From the NCBI GenBank assembly GCA_034530875.2, contig JAVRCJ020000003.1, positions 330,514-394,513 of the forward strand: a DNA stretch of 64,000 nt, read 5' to 3'. The stretch is from Nostoc sp. DedSLP01. GTDB taxonomy: Bacteria > Cyanobacteriota > Cyanobacteriia > Cyanobacteriales > Nostocaceae. Below the pieces are notes generated by a model. It did not search any database. It saw only the letters and a list, made by a program, of their open reading frames with translations, and was not told the DNA's origin. Below are positions 10,933 to 20,058 of the stretch, piece after piece (within the stretch, counting starts at the first letter, position 1; every line of letters starts with the position of its first letter). The translations under genes and the position numbers were made by a program.

Positions 10933-13900
10933 ATGAACGTGATGAACAGATTGAGCTTTTATATAATTTTGTTACATGGTTTATTTTTAGGAATGGCAAC
11001 GGCTAGCGCCAAGTCAGTGTCCGTTAATGGTGTTAATAAACAGTTGTCTAGCAACCATCAGACAGCCTTAGTCACAGCCACAAGTAAAGACAAGTCTAAT
11101 AATCCCTTAATTAGAGAAACTTCTGCCAGTAAAACCTCAGGCTTATCGCTAAAAGATATTCAAACTAGCCCTCAGCAGGGACTAGCACCCGGTCAAGTTT
11201 GGGTAGTTAATCGCAGTAAAGACGTACATCCTCAAGATTTTCTTTGGGTAGTAAAAGATTTAAAAAAAGCAGTACACCAGCCATTTTTACAAGTCGCTAA
11301 ACCGCCGGAAAAACCAAACTCCAAACCGAATGATACTACTAAACCAGAAAAAAAAGATGATTTAGAGGCATTTGATGAAGTAGTGAAAGATACTGTTAAG
11401 CAGGGGGGATTGTTCACTCTTTATCGGCAAAAAGAAAAGAATAAAATTTATTTAGAAATTAAACCAGAACAACTCAATAAAAATTACTTAGCTGCGTCAA
11501 CATTAGAATCAGGCATTGGCGAAAGAGGTATTTACAGCGGTATGCCTCTGCAAGATTTTTTGTTTTATTTCCGCCGGGTGGATAATAATTTACAGTTTGT
11601 GATTCGCAATGTCAATTTCCGGACTCGTGAGGGAGATCCACAAGCGCGATCGCTGGCTCGTTCTTTTAGCGACTCTGTTCTCTATAATATTTCCATTAAA
11701 AGCATTCATCCCCAACGCAAAACGATTCTCATCGACTTGGGCGACTTATTACTCACAGACTTAGCAGGATTATCTGTAAATTTAGGAGTCCCAGGAAGCA
11801 CAGACCAGTCATATTTCGGTACTGCTAAAGCTTTTCCTCAGAATGTAGAAATTCAGTCAATTTTAAATTTCACAGGTAGCAGCGGTAAAGAAAATGAAGT
11901 GCCAAGCTTTGCTTCCCTAGCAGATAACCGTGGTTTTACCTTACGCGTCCACTACAGTCTTTCCGAACTACCCGATAACAATTATCGCCCCCGTATTGCC
12001 GACGATCGCATCGGCTATTTCATCACCGCCTACCAAGATTTATCCAAAGACGATCGCGGCGATTCTTTTGTCCGTTACATTAACCGTTGGGATCTAGAAA
12101 AACAAGACCCAAAAGCAGCAATTTCTCGTCCCGTAAAACCGATTGTGTTTTGGATTGATAATGCTGTGCCCTTAGAATACCGCGATGCGATTAAAGATGG
12201 CATCCTTATGTGGAACAAAGCTTTTCTCAAAGCTGGATTCAAGGATGCCATTGAAGTCCGCCAAATGCCAGATGATGCTACTTGGGATCCAGCAGATATT
12301 CGCTACAACACAATTCGCTGGATTAACACAGTAGATGGCTACTTTGCAATGGGGCCATCCCGCGTCAACCCGTTAAATGGAGAAATTTTGGATGCAGATA
12401 TTCTCGTAGATGCTAGCTTTATCCGGGCACTCAAGAACGAATATCGGACAATCGTCCAACCCAACCAAGTACAAAATACCACCACATTATCGGCATTGAT
12501 GCAAAATCGTTTACTTTGCGCCAATGGTGAAAATGCTAAAGACAAAAATACACCCCAGCAAACCCAAGGGTTGTTGAATCGTTTATCTAAAATGGCAGGG
12601 CAGTACGATTTGTGCTATGGCATAGAAGCAGCTAATCAGTTTGCCTTGGGTTCTGTGGCAATGTCATTGTTACCAGATAATATGCCCAGTCAAGAACAGG
12701 TAAAAGATTATATCAATCAATATTTACGTTTAATCATCGCCCACGAAGTTGGTCATACACTTGGTTTGCGGCATAACTTCCGCGGTAGTACGCTGCTACC
12801 ACCAGAAGAGATGAATAATACAGAAATTACCAAAACTAAAGGTTTGACAAGTTCTGTAATGGACTACATCCCCCCAAACATTGCCCCTCAAGGTACAAAA
12901 CAGGGAGATTATTTTCCCAGCATGGTGGGACTTTATGATGAATGGGCGATTCAGTACGGCTACGTGTCAATTCAGACATCAACTCCTCTAGCAGAAAAGC
13001 CGATTTTAGACGAAATTGCCTCACAATCTTACAAACCAGAGTATAGTTATTCCACTGACGAAGATGTGTATGACCTCGATCCCACAGCAGACGCTTGGGA
13101 TAACAGCGGTAATGTCCTGCTTTATTCTCAGTGGCAGTTGAATAATTCTCGTCTGATGTGGGAACGGCTTGATAAGCGTTATCCGATGGCTGGAGAGAGT
13201 TACAGCGATGTTAGCGAACGTTTTAGCACGGTATTAGGTAATTATTTCCAACAAATATATTACGCAACAAAATACATTGGCGGACAGTCATTCTATCGCA
13301 TTCATGCTAGCGAAACCCCCTCTCAAAATGCCTCAGAAACCCGCCAACGGCGATTACCATTTGAACCGATACCAGCCGAACAACAACGTCAGGCTTTAGA
13401 AACGCTACATAAATATCTATTTGCAGAAGATGCCCTCACCTTTTCACCAGAACTGCTGAATAAATTAGCACCTTCTCGTTGGCGGCATTGGGGTAGCTAT
13501 CCGCAAGTTGGTCGTTTGGATTATCCAATTCATGACTTGGTGCTACTGTTGCAGAGTGCTGTGTTGCGGGATTTACTCTCAGGCGATCGCCTTTCGCGTC
13601 TCAAGGATATCGAACTCAAAACCAAACCAGAAAATGCGCTGACTCTGCCAGAGTTATTTGATACATTACAATCAGGTATCTGGACGGAAGTCATTAAACC
13701 AAAAGGTAAACCAATGAAAATTGCCAGTTTGCGGCGCGGCTTACAACGCGAATATTTGGATATCTTGTCTGGTATGGTGTTGCGAAAACAATATGTCCCA
13801 GAAGATGCTCGCACTTTGGCATGGTATAAACTCAGACAATTGGATGATAAACTCAAAGATGTTAGTTCCGATGATGAATATACCAAAGCCCACTTGCTGG

Positions 13901-13953
13901 AAACACGCGATCGCATTGAGAAAATCTTGAATGCGCCGTTGCAAGCAAATTAA
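10933..13953 (+). CDS. Exported zinc-dependent metalloprotease (DUF5117/DUF4953, EcxA-like metzincin)
   Basis: Signal peptide; HEVGHTLGLRH zinc motif; SVMDY Met-turn; RIADDRIGYF. Confidence 0.88.
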   Translation: MNVMNRLSFYIILLHGLFLGMATASAKSVSVNGVNKQLSSNHQTALVTATSKDKSNNPLIRETSASKTSGLSLKDIQTSPQQGLAPGQVWVVNRSKDVHPQDFLWVVKDLKKAVHQPFLQVAKPPEKPNSKPNDTTKPEKKDDLEAFDEVVKDTVKQGGLFTLYRQKEKNKIYLEIKPEQLNKNYLAASTLESGIGERGIYSGMPLQDFLFYFRRVDNNLQFVIRNVNFRTREGDPQARSLARSFSDSVLYNISIKSIHPQRKTILIDLGDLLLTDLAGLSVNLGVPGSTDQSYFGTAKAFPQNVEIQSILNFTGSSGKENEVPSFASLADNRGFTLRVHYSLSELPDNNYRPRIADDRIGYFITAYQDLSKDDRGDSFVRYINRWDLEKQDPKAAISRPVKPIVFWIDNAVPLEYRDAIKDGILMWNKAFLKAGFKDAIEVRQMPDDATWDPADIRYNTIRWINTVDGYFAMGPSRVNPLNGEILDADILVDASFIRALKNEYRTIVQPNQVQNTTTLSALMQNRLLCANGENAKDKNTPQQTQGLLNRLSKMAGQYDLCYGIEAANQFALGSVAMSLLPDNMPSQEQVKDYINQYLRLIIAHEVGHTLGLRHNFRGSTLLPPEEMNNTEITKTKGLTSSVMDYIPPNIAPQGTKQGDYFPSMVGLYDEWAIQYGYVSIQTSTPLAEKPILDEIASQSYKPEYSYSTDEDVYDLDPTADAWDNSGNVLLYSQWQLNNSRLMWERLDKRYPMAGESYSDVSERFSTVLGNYFQQIYYATKYIGGQSFYRIHASETPSQNASETRQRRLPFEPIPAEQQRQALETLHKYLFAEDALTFSPELLNKLAPSRWRHWGSYPQVGRLDYPIHDLVLLLQSAVLRDLLSGDRLSRLKDIELKTKPENALTLPELFDTLQSGIWTEVIKPKGKPMKIASLRRGLQREYLDILSGMVLRKQYVPEDARTLAWYKLRQLDDKLKDVSSDDEYTKAHLLETRDRIEKILNAPLQAN

Positions 13954-14082
13954 AAAAGTACAGACGCGATGAATCGCGTCTGTACAAGAGTTAGGAATTA
14001 GTAAAATTCCTAACTCTTATTGTTTGCCCATAATTTTGGCAAAATATTATATAGAATGCCTATACACGCTGAAAAAAAGTTT

Positions 14083-14347
14083 ATGTCAGCTTGAGATAAA
14101 TTTCACGATATTGTGAAATTTGCATTACAAAAGGACGGGTGGCGAATTACTCGTGGGACAGTTTATTAATTATCGATATGCATTAGAAGAAATTAGTTAT
14201 GAGCTAATTTTGTATTTAGCAGTGCCATTAAACACTTATAACGATTTTTTAAGTAAACCGTTTATTCAAAAAATAATCCAGCGAAGTCAAATTAATCTGA
14301 TAGTTGATGATGTGGAAAGGAAGGAAATTATTCGATGGCAGATTTAG
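14083..14347 (+). pseudogene. xisH: xisH family pseudogene
   Basis: ATG at 14083 reads MSA*DKFHDIVKFALQKDGWRIT (stop at 14092). It then shifts frame into GQFINYRYALEE..LYLAVP..EIIRW, and the middle of XisH is missing. Confidence 0.8.
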
Positions 14348-14670
14348 ATAAATATCGGGAGTGTATTCGGAAATTAATTACAGAATATGCTCAGCTTGCC
14401 TTATGTAATAATGAAATCGAAGCTCAAACAATTTTTGACATAGAAAAAGACCATTACCAACTGATATATATTGGTTGGCAAAATAAACGTCGGGTTTTTG
14501 GTCCTGTGATGCATTTTGATATTAAAAACGGCAAGATTTGGATTCAGTGGAATGGCACGGAAGAGGATGTAGGCGAACAACTGGTGGCAATGGGAGTGCC
14601 AAAACAAGATATTGTGGTTGGATTTCATCCGCCATATATGCGACAGTACACAGATTATGCTGTGAGTTAA
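14335..14670 (+). CDS. xisI: XisI family protein
   Basis: HFDIKNGKIWIQWNGTE and GVPKQDIVVGFHPP motifs; overlaps the xisH remnant. Confidence 0.92.
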   Translation: MADLDKYRECIRKLITEYAQLALCNNEIEAQTIFDIEKDHYQLIYIGWQNKRRVFGPVMHFDIKNGKIWIQWNGTEEDVGEQLVAMGVPKQDIVVGFHPPYMRQYTDYAVS

Positions 14671-14689
14671 TGTCATTTTGCTAAAGTAT

Positions 14690-15271
14690 CTAGAAAAATA
14701 TCATTCGCTCTACGTGTGTTGCATCATTGAGGAAGTCTACGCGATAGACATCTGGATTGCTCAATTTTTGCCACTCGGCATAACCAATGCGATCGTCAAA
14801 ATGCTTTAGGATCAGTGCCATTAAATTACCATGCGTGGCGATCGCAATTGTGTCTGCTTTTTGCTGTAATGCTTCATCAATTACGGCTATTCCACGCGCC
14901 ATAGCAGTACGACTGGACTCACCGCCATCCAGGCATAGATCGAGATTGGTAAATGATTCAGCCAATCGTTCTTGCCAATCAGCTAGGGGTGTTCCACACA
15001 GAACGCGTTCGGCGAGTCGGTTATCTATTTCGATGGCAAGACACAGATGTTCAGCCAAAGGAGCAATAGATCGATATGCTCTAGTAAATGGGCTAGAGAT
15101 GACTCGCTCGATGCCAAAACCTGATAAAAGATGAGTAAGAGCGATCGCTTGCATTTTGCCTTCTGATGTCAGAGGCGCGTTAGGTTCCTGTCCAACTGCT
15201 TTGCAATGTCGCACAATGTACAGGGTTTTCAAGATTAAGTTTTTGTTGGAGAAAGAAATACGAGCCAACAA
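14690..15271 (-). CDS. Histidine phosphatase family protein (true start probably slightly downstream)
   Basis: IVRHC (RHG-like), SSPFTRA, GGES and ATHG motifs. Confidence 0.85.
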   Translation of the reverse strand: MLARISFSNKNLILKTLYIVRHCKAVGQEPNAPLTSEGKMQAIALTHLLSGFGIERVISSPFTRAYRSIAPLAEHLCLAIEIDNRLAERVLCGTPLADWQERLAESFTNLDLCLDGGESSRTAMARGIAVIDEALQQKADTIAIATHGNLMALILKHFDDRIGYAEWQKLSNPDVYRVDFLNDATHVERMIFF

Positions 15272-15329
15272 TCAACTCGTAATTATATGCAAATTTTCTG
15301 TATTTTAGTTTAAATACGTAAAACTTACT

Positions 15330-15368
15330 AAAAGGTAGCAGGGGGTTAAGTTTACTCCTGCTACCTTT
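15330..15368. terminator. Stem-loop after the DUF1995 gene
   Basis: AAAGGTAGCAGG...CCTGCTACCTTT inverted repeat. Confidence 0.6.
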
Positions 15369-15376
15369 GCTTTCTG

Positions 15377-16111
15377 TTAACTACTCAACGCCTTTAAAAA
15401 CCGTTGCAAACTCTTAAACACATTCGGCTTTCTCCCAGGTACAGCGTTGGTTGTTGTTTGCGGTTGTCCCTTCATAAGGATGAGATCCAACTCATCACCC
15501 GATGGTTTTGTGGGTAAATCGGCAATTTTTTGATAATCACCACCATTTTCCACCCAAATTTCCCACTGTCCTGGATAACAGCGATATAAGGCAGTTCGAT
15601 CGTCTATTGGGCGGAGATAATAGGCGGATTCAATGTTACTGATAAAGCGATCGCGGACTTTTCTGGCTGCATAACCAATGCCCACAGTTCCAGCATCTTC
15701 AAGGCGGGGATTTAAAAATACTAAAGGGCGATCGCCGATTACTTCACATAACTTTTCTAACTGCGGTACTTCTACGGAAGTGGGGGAGATGAATAAGAAA
15801 ATTTCATCCTCTGGCTGGATTTTTGTTTGTAACGAAGCAGCCCTTCCCGTCCCGATATCCAAAATTTGAAATGGTGCATCAGCCCAATCGCGGCGGGCTA
15901 AAGCCGCAGCCCCAGCATCTGCAAAGAAAACTTTCAAGCGAGAATCATATTCCCTAAACAACGGCACAAATTGTTCTGCCACTGGCATCAGTTTCAGTTC
16001 TGGGAATAAGAACTCAACTTGTAGGCGATTGCAGCCATCTGCAAGGGCAGCTTGGACGGCGGTTTGAGATTGGGCGATCGCATCTTCAAGACTATTGGGA
16101 AGTTCACTCAT
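15377..16111 (-). CDS. DUF1995 family protein
   Basis: Conserved LPxSLEDAIAQ, DAGAAALARRDW, NPRLED and YPGQW motifs. Confidence 0.85.
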   Translation of the reverse strand: MSELPNSLEDAIAQSQTAVQAALADGCNRLQVEFLFPELKLMPVAEQFVPLFREYDSRLKVFFADAGAAALARRDWADAPFQILDIGTGRAASLQTKIQPEDEIFLFISPTSVEVPQLEKLCEVIGDRPLVFLNPRLEDAGTVGIGYAARKVRDRFISNIESAYYLRPIDDRTALYRCYPGQWEIWVENGGDYQKIADLPTKPSGDELDLILMKGQPQTTTNAVPGRKPNVFKSLQRFLKALSS

Positions 16112-16230
16112 GGTTTATTATGTTGGTTTAGCATTACTTCTATTGTTCCAGCATTGGCTGTGATTTTCGGCAGCAACGACACATAGTGCTGCGATCGGCT
16201 TTACTGAGGAACTTGAACAAGATTAGAAAA

Positions 16231-16263
16231 TATCCTTTTTTGGGATTATCCGAAAATAGGTTT
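16231..16263 (+). promoter_or_regulatory. Tandem C-box-like operators upstream of the controller gene
   Basis: TATCC-N7-GGATT (16231-16247) overlapping TATCC-N7-GGTTT (16247-16263). Confidence 0.6.
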
Positions 16264-16300
16264 ATTGTGTTCAATGTTATGGTGCTAATGTCAAGGCACA

Positions 16301-16564
16301 ATGAAATCTGTTTTTAGCCATGAGTATGAAGTGTTCCGTCACTGTATGATTGCGGCTCGTAAAGAGGCAAAACTAACTCAACAGACACTTGCTAAATCCC
16401 TTCAAAAGCCGCAATCTTTCGTAGCTAAATATGAAAACGGTGAACGGCGGTTAGATGTAATTGAGTTCCTGCTAATTTCTCGTGTAATCGGTGTAGATCC
16501 TTGCGATATTCTCAGAAAAGTTGAGCAAGAAATATCTGGAGCATCTTCTGAGGACGAACTATGA
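16301..16564 (+). CDS. XRE-family HTH regulator, probable RM controller (C) protein
   Basis: ARKEAKLTQQTLAKSLQKPQSFVAKYENGERRLD HTH; ATGA overlap with the next gene. Confidence 0.85.
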   Translation: MKSVFSHEYEVFRHCMIAARKEAKLTQQTLAKSLQKPQSFVAKYENGERRLDVIEFLLISRVIGVDPCDILRKVEQEISGASSEDEL

Positions 16565-17478
16565 ATCCACAAGATGTCATCAGACTTGCATCTCAATATT
16601 TAGATAAGTTATCAAGCCATACTTTTGATGTTTTAGATATATCTAAGCCTGTAACTGTAGACGCAGCAGTAAACTTAACTAAAGTTATTTCAAAGCTTTC
16701 ACCCTTACTCGGAAATTTAATCGAATTTAACACCGTTGAATTTTTGAATAAGCAAAATGAATTTTCTGAATTTGGAAAGTGGCAAAGGCAAGATCCTGGC
16801 TTTCCAGATACTATTTTTGTGGGAAGAGTTCAACCAACACCAGGATTAGAAATTAAAGCATGGTTTCCATTAGCAACGGAAATAACAGCACGTTTTAAAG
16901 ATAGCCAAAATCACTTTCAGCACGATCAAACCTATGTTGCTATGTTGGCATGGTTACCCGAAAAAATTATCTATGGTAAGCCTCGTATTCTTGATGTATG
17001 CCTTGTCTCTGGTTTGTCGGTAGCTTTAGCTAGAGATACTCATTATCATAATCCGCCAGATTACCTTGTTTTAGAACCAGAGGATACAACTCAGAGAACA
17101 GCAAATTTACAGCAGACAAACACTAGTGGTTATAAATTTCAAGGATCTGTCGAAGAGTTATTAGAAGCTCAAAAAATAGTTGACTCATGGGGTGTTGAGG
17201 GAAAAGCCTATAAACCAACTAGAGAATATCAGCGTCTGCTACGCGAACTGTTAATAAGATACAAATACAGGCTTGATACTAATTTTGCAAAGATGGATAG
17301 AATCGTACATCCAGGTATTAAAAAATTTAAGCAGCGTGTGTACAATACTCAAGTTTCTGGTATGACAGTGGGGCAGTGGAATAGGCTTCTGTCAAGCCGT
17401 AAAGAAGACAATATCAGAAAATATTTACAAGATTATCTAGATATTAGAGAAGAGAGTATTGACGAACTTCTTGATTAA
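16561..17478 (+). CDS. Putative type II restriction endonuclease
   Basis: PD...EIK (PD-(D/E)xK-like) motif in QDPGFPDTIF...GLEIKAW; coupled to the HTH gene and convergent with the MTase. Confidence 0.65.
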   Translation: MNPQDVIRLASQYLDKLSSHTFDVLDISKPVTVDAAVNLTKVISKLSPLLGNLIEFNTVEFLNKQNEFSEFGKWQRQDPGFPDTIFVGRVQPTPGLEIKAWFPLATEITARFKDSQNHFQHDQTYVAMLAWLPEKIIYGKPRILDVCLVSGLSVALARDTHYHNPPDYLVLEPEDTTQRTANLQQTNTSGYKFQGSVEELLEAQKIVDSWGVEGKAYKPTREYQRLLRELLIRYKYRLDTNFAKMDRIVHPGIKKFKQRVYNTQVSGMTVGQWNRLLSSRKEDNIRKYLQDYLDIREESIDELLD

Positions 17479-18532
17479 ATCTTTGTACTCCATAGTAGAA
17501 ATAATCTGCATCTATTTCGCAGGAGTAGGCTTTTCTTCTAAGTTTCTGGGCTGCCAAAGATGCAGTGAACATACCTCCAAAAGGTTCCCATACAACATCA
17601 TTTTCATCGCTTGACGCTTCGATAATAATACTCATCAAATCAAGGGGTTTTTGATTAAAGTGTACTGCTTTTCCAGAAGAAGTTTTAACTCTTTCATCAC
17701 CTCGTAAAGCTTGACGATCCCAAACATTTGTAAAACCATGAGGGCATCTGAATTTTGAACGCATCTTATTCCATTGTTGCCCTGTTAAAGATTGCTTACC
17801 ATCCAAAGAAAAATAAGGTTTTCCTTGTGGCTTCCCATATTCATTTGCATAGTTAACTAGTCTCTCAAACATCTCTGGAGGAGGAAAATACCATAAGTGT
17901 CCTTGATCGAAATACTTCCTAGTTGCAGCATCAGCCACGCCACAAGCCTCATTTGCCTGCCGTAGCCTTAACCCAGAACGTTTCCATTCTTGTAGCAACC
18001 ATGTTTTTAAGGTGAGTTCATTAACTTTAACTTCTCTTACATATTGAACACAGACTTCTGTAACTACAGGGAATCTACGAATTTTTTTTGTATTAATATT
18101 TCCTGCTATATGGCCTTTTCCTTTGTTCCAAATATTGCAATTTACATAACGCCAACCGTACTTTTCTAAAACTGGATGCACAACAGCCCAGCCAATTTCT
18201 GAATTCCAAAACCATAGTGTTGTAGATGGTATGGCTGCTTTTGACCATGCTTCAATATGAGGTTCATACCAATTAGGTAAATCAATATGATCTGAAGTGT
18301 CTCCTTCAAAACCAAGAACACCGTAAGCTCCATCTGAAACGATAACTATAGGCTGCTCCCAATTGTTGTAATGTTCAAGGCTATCGCCTAAATATAGAGC
18401 AACACTTTCATCGTTCCACGCAGAAAAATTGAAGTTGGTGTTGAGGTTGAGTACTTTTCCACGACCAACTGTGCTGGTAGCCTTGCGTTTTAAAGTCTTA
18501 GAGGAACTCGGTTCTGCGTTAGATAGACTCAT
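17444..18532 (-). CDS. Site-specific N4-cytosine/N6-adenine DNA methyltransferase (beta-class motif order)
   Basis: LYLGDS, then SDGAY (motif IV variant), HFNQKP, and WEPFGG..AYSCEID (motif I). Confidence 0.88.
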   Translation of the reverse strand: MSLSNAEPSSSKTLKRKATSTVGRGKVLNLNTNFNFSAWNDESVALYLGDSLEHYNNWEQPIVIVSDGAYGVLGFEGDTSDHIDLPNWYEPHIEAWSKAAIPSTTLWFWNSEIGWAVVHPVLEKYGWRYVNCNIWNKGKGHIAGNINTKKIRRFPVVTEVCVQYVREVKVNELTLKTWLLQEWKRSGLRLRQANEACGVADAATRKYFDQGHLWYFPPPEMFERLVNYANEYGKPQGKPYFSLDGKQSLTGQQWNKMRSKFRCPHGFTNVWDRQALRGDERVKTSSGKAVHFNQKPLDLMSIIIEASSDENDVVWEPFGGMFTASLAAQKLRRKAYSCEIDADYFYYGVQRFNQEVRQYSLL

Positions 18533-18574
18533 TGATTGGTTTACGTAGGTCTGAAACTTAGATACCTGTTACTT

Positions 18575-18591
18575 TATCCTGTTTTGGGATA
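18575..18591 (-). promoter_or_regulatory. Single C-box-like operator upstream of the methyltransferase
   Basis: TATCC-TGTTTTG-GGATA has perfect inverted arms and is 15/16 identical to the site at 16231. Confidence 0.6.
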
Positions 18592-18674
18592 TCTTAATAG
18601 TCATAGACGCTAAAGTTAATGAAAAATACGCTCAATAGGCAATATTTTTTATATAAGTACACGCTCGAAAAAAT

Positions 18675-19844
18675 TTAACGTTTAACTAAAGATAAATCTG
18701 GCGTCAGCCTTTCTAAAACTTGCTTCAATACCATCGCTGTCCAATCTATATCGGCTTCGGTAGTATCGCGCCCCAACGTGATGCGAATTCCGCCCAAGGC
18801 AGCTTTTTCGGAATAACCCATTGCTAATAATATCGGACTTGGGCTGAGTTTTCCGCTATGACAAGCAGCACCAGCACTAATACCAATGCCGGCAAGATTT
18901 AGCTGTCTTACTAAGGTTTTACCGCTAAGTTTTTCGCCATCAGCGTATTCTAAACACATACTCACATGATGAGGCAAGCGATCGCAGCTATCCCCTGTAG
19001 GAATTAAACCAGGAATTTCAGCTAATTGGGCAAAGGCGCGATCGCGTAACTGAATCAAGCGTGGTGCTTCTGTTGGCAATTCCTGTGCTGCTAATTCAGC
19101 GGCGACACCAAACCCAGCAATTATCGGTACTGCTTGCGTACCAGAACGCAATCCCATTTCTTGACCGCCGCCACCTAATAAAGGCATCAATTCCACACCA
19201 GGACGGACATACAGCGCCCCTACTCCTTGGGGGCCATAGATTTTATGACTGGCAAGGCTAAGTAAGTCTACGGAAAGTTCTTGTACGTCTATTGCTACGC
19301 GTCCCGCAGCTTGCACTGCATCTGTATGGAACAAAGCACCATGCGATCGCGCAATTTTTGCTAATTCTGCAATTGGTTGTACAGTCCCAACTTCACTTTG
19401 ACCGTAAATTATAGAAACTAAAACTGTATTATGCCGCAACGCCGCCTTTAAATCCAACGGGTTAACTCTGCCTTTATTATCTACATCTAAGCGCGTAACT
19501 TCCCAACCCCATATTTCTAACAACCGCGCTGTCTCAGAAATTGCAGAATGTTCGACGCTGGAGATAATTATATGTCGAGGGACAGTATACAACCGAGCCA
19601 CGCCCATAATTGCCAGATTATTTGCTTCAGTACCGCCGGAGGTAAAAACAATCGATTCTGGAGTCGCAGCGTTAATTAATTCAGCAACTTGGACTCTGGC
19701 TTGTTCTACAACCGTTGCAGCCCGATTTCCCCATTCATGTAAGCTGGAAGGATTGCCCCATTGTTGAGTGAGGACTGTTTGCATAACTGCGATCGCTTCT
19801 TTGCGAGTGGGACTAGTCGCGCTGTAATCTAGATAAATTTGCAT
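18675..19844 (-). CDS. iscS: Cysteine desulfurase (IscS/NifS family)
   Basis: IYLDYSAT, GNPSSLH, SGGTEANN, SHKIYGP and SAGAAC motifs. Confidence 0.9.
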   Translation of the reverse strand: MQIYLDYSATSPTRKEAIAVMQTVLTQQWGNPSSLHEWGNRAATVVEQARVQVAELINAATPESIVFTSGGTEANNLAIMGVARLYTVPRHIIISSVEHSAISETARLLEIWGWEVTRLDVDNKGRVNPLDLKAALRHNTVLVSIIYGQSEVGTVQPIAELAKIARSHGALFHTDAVQAAGRVAIDVQELSVDLLSLASHKIYGPQGVGALYVRPGVELMPLLGGGGQEMGLRSGTQAVPIIAGFGVAAELAAQELPTEAPRLIQLRDRAFAQLAEIPGLIPTGDSCDRLPHHVSMCLEYADGEKLSGKTLVRQLNLAGIGISAGAACHSGKLSPSPILLAMGYSEKAALGGIRITLGRDTTEADIDWTAMVLKQVLERLTPDLSLVKR

Positions 19845-20058
19845 ATAACAGATAATGGTGAGAACAAAGGCGGTTAATAGGCTGCTGATTTTTTAGTACA
19901 TACACTTTAAGCGGACAAATCTAACAAAATTGCTGTAATTATGCGTGTATGAGTAGGTTTTTCTTGCCTGGGAAAGCTATTTTTCTAGTTAATCTGAGAA
20001 ACCAAAATTTTGGGAATGATAAATATGTCCACTCTCAATCCACTTTTAACAGATTACA

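Noticed and set aside
14120..14347. 75-aa ORF as an intact gene
   Set aside because: It is the C-terminal fragment of the broken xisH with a spurious start.
14083..18591. xisH/xisI plus the RM genes as one heterocyst excision element
   Set aside because: No recombinase and no interrupted nif/hup/fdxN gene; the core DUF1995 gene lies between them.
18675..19844. Cysteine desulfurase as DndA of a phosphorothioation system next to the RM genes
   Set aside because: No dndBCDE or ssp genes; HIP1-rich, core-like composition.
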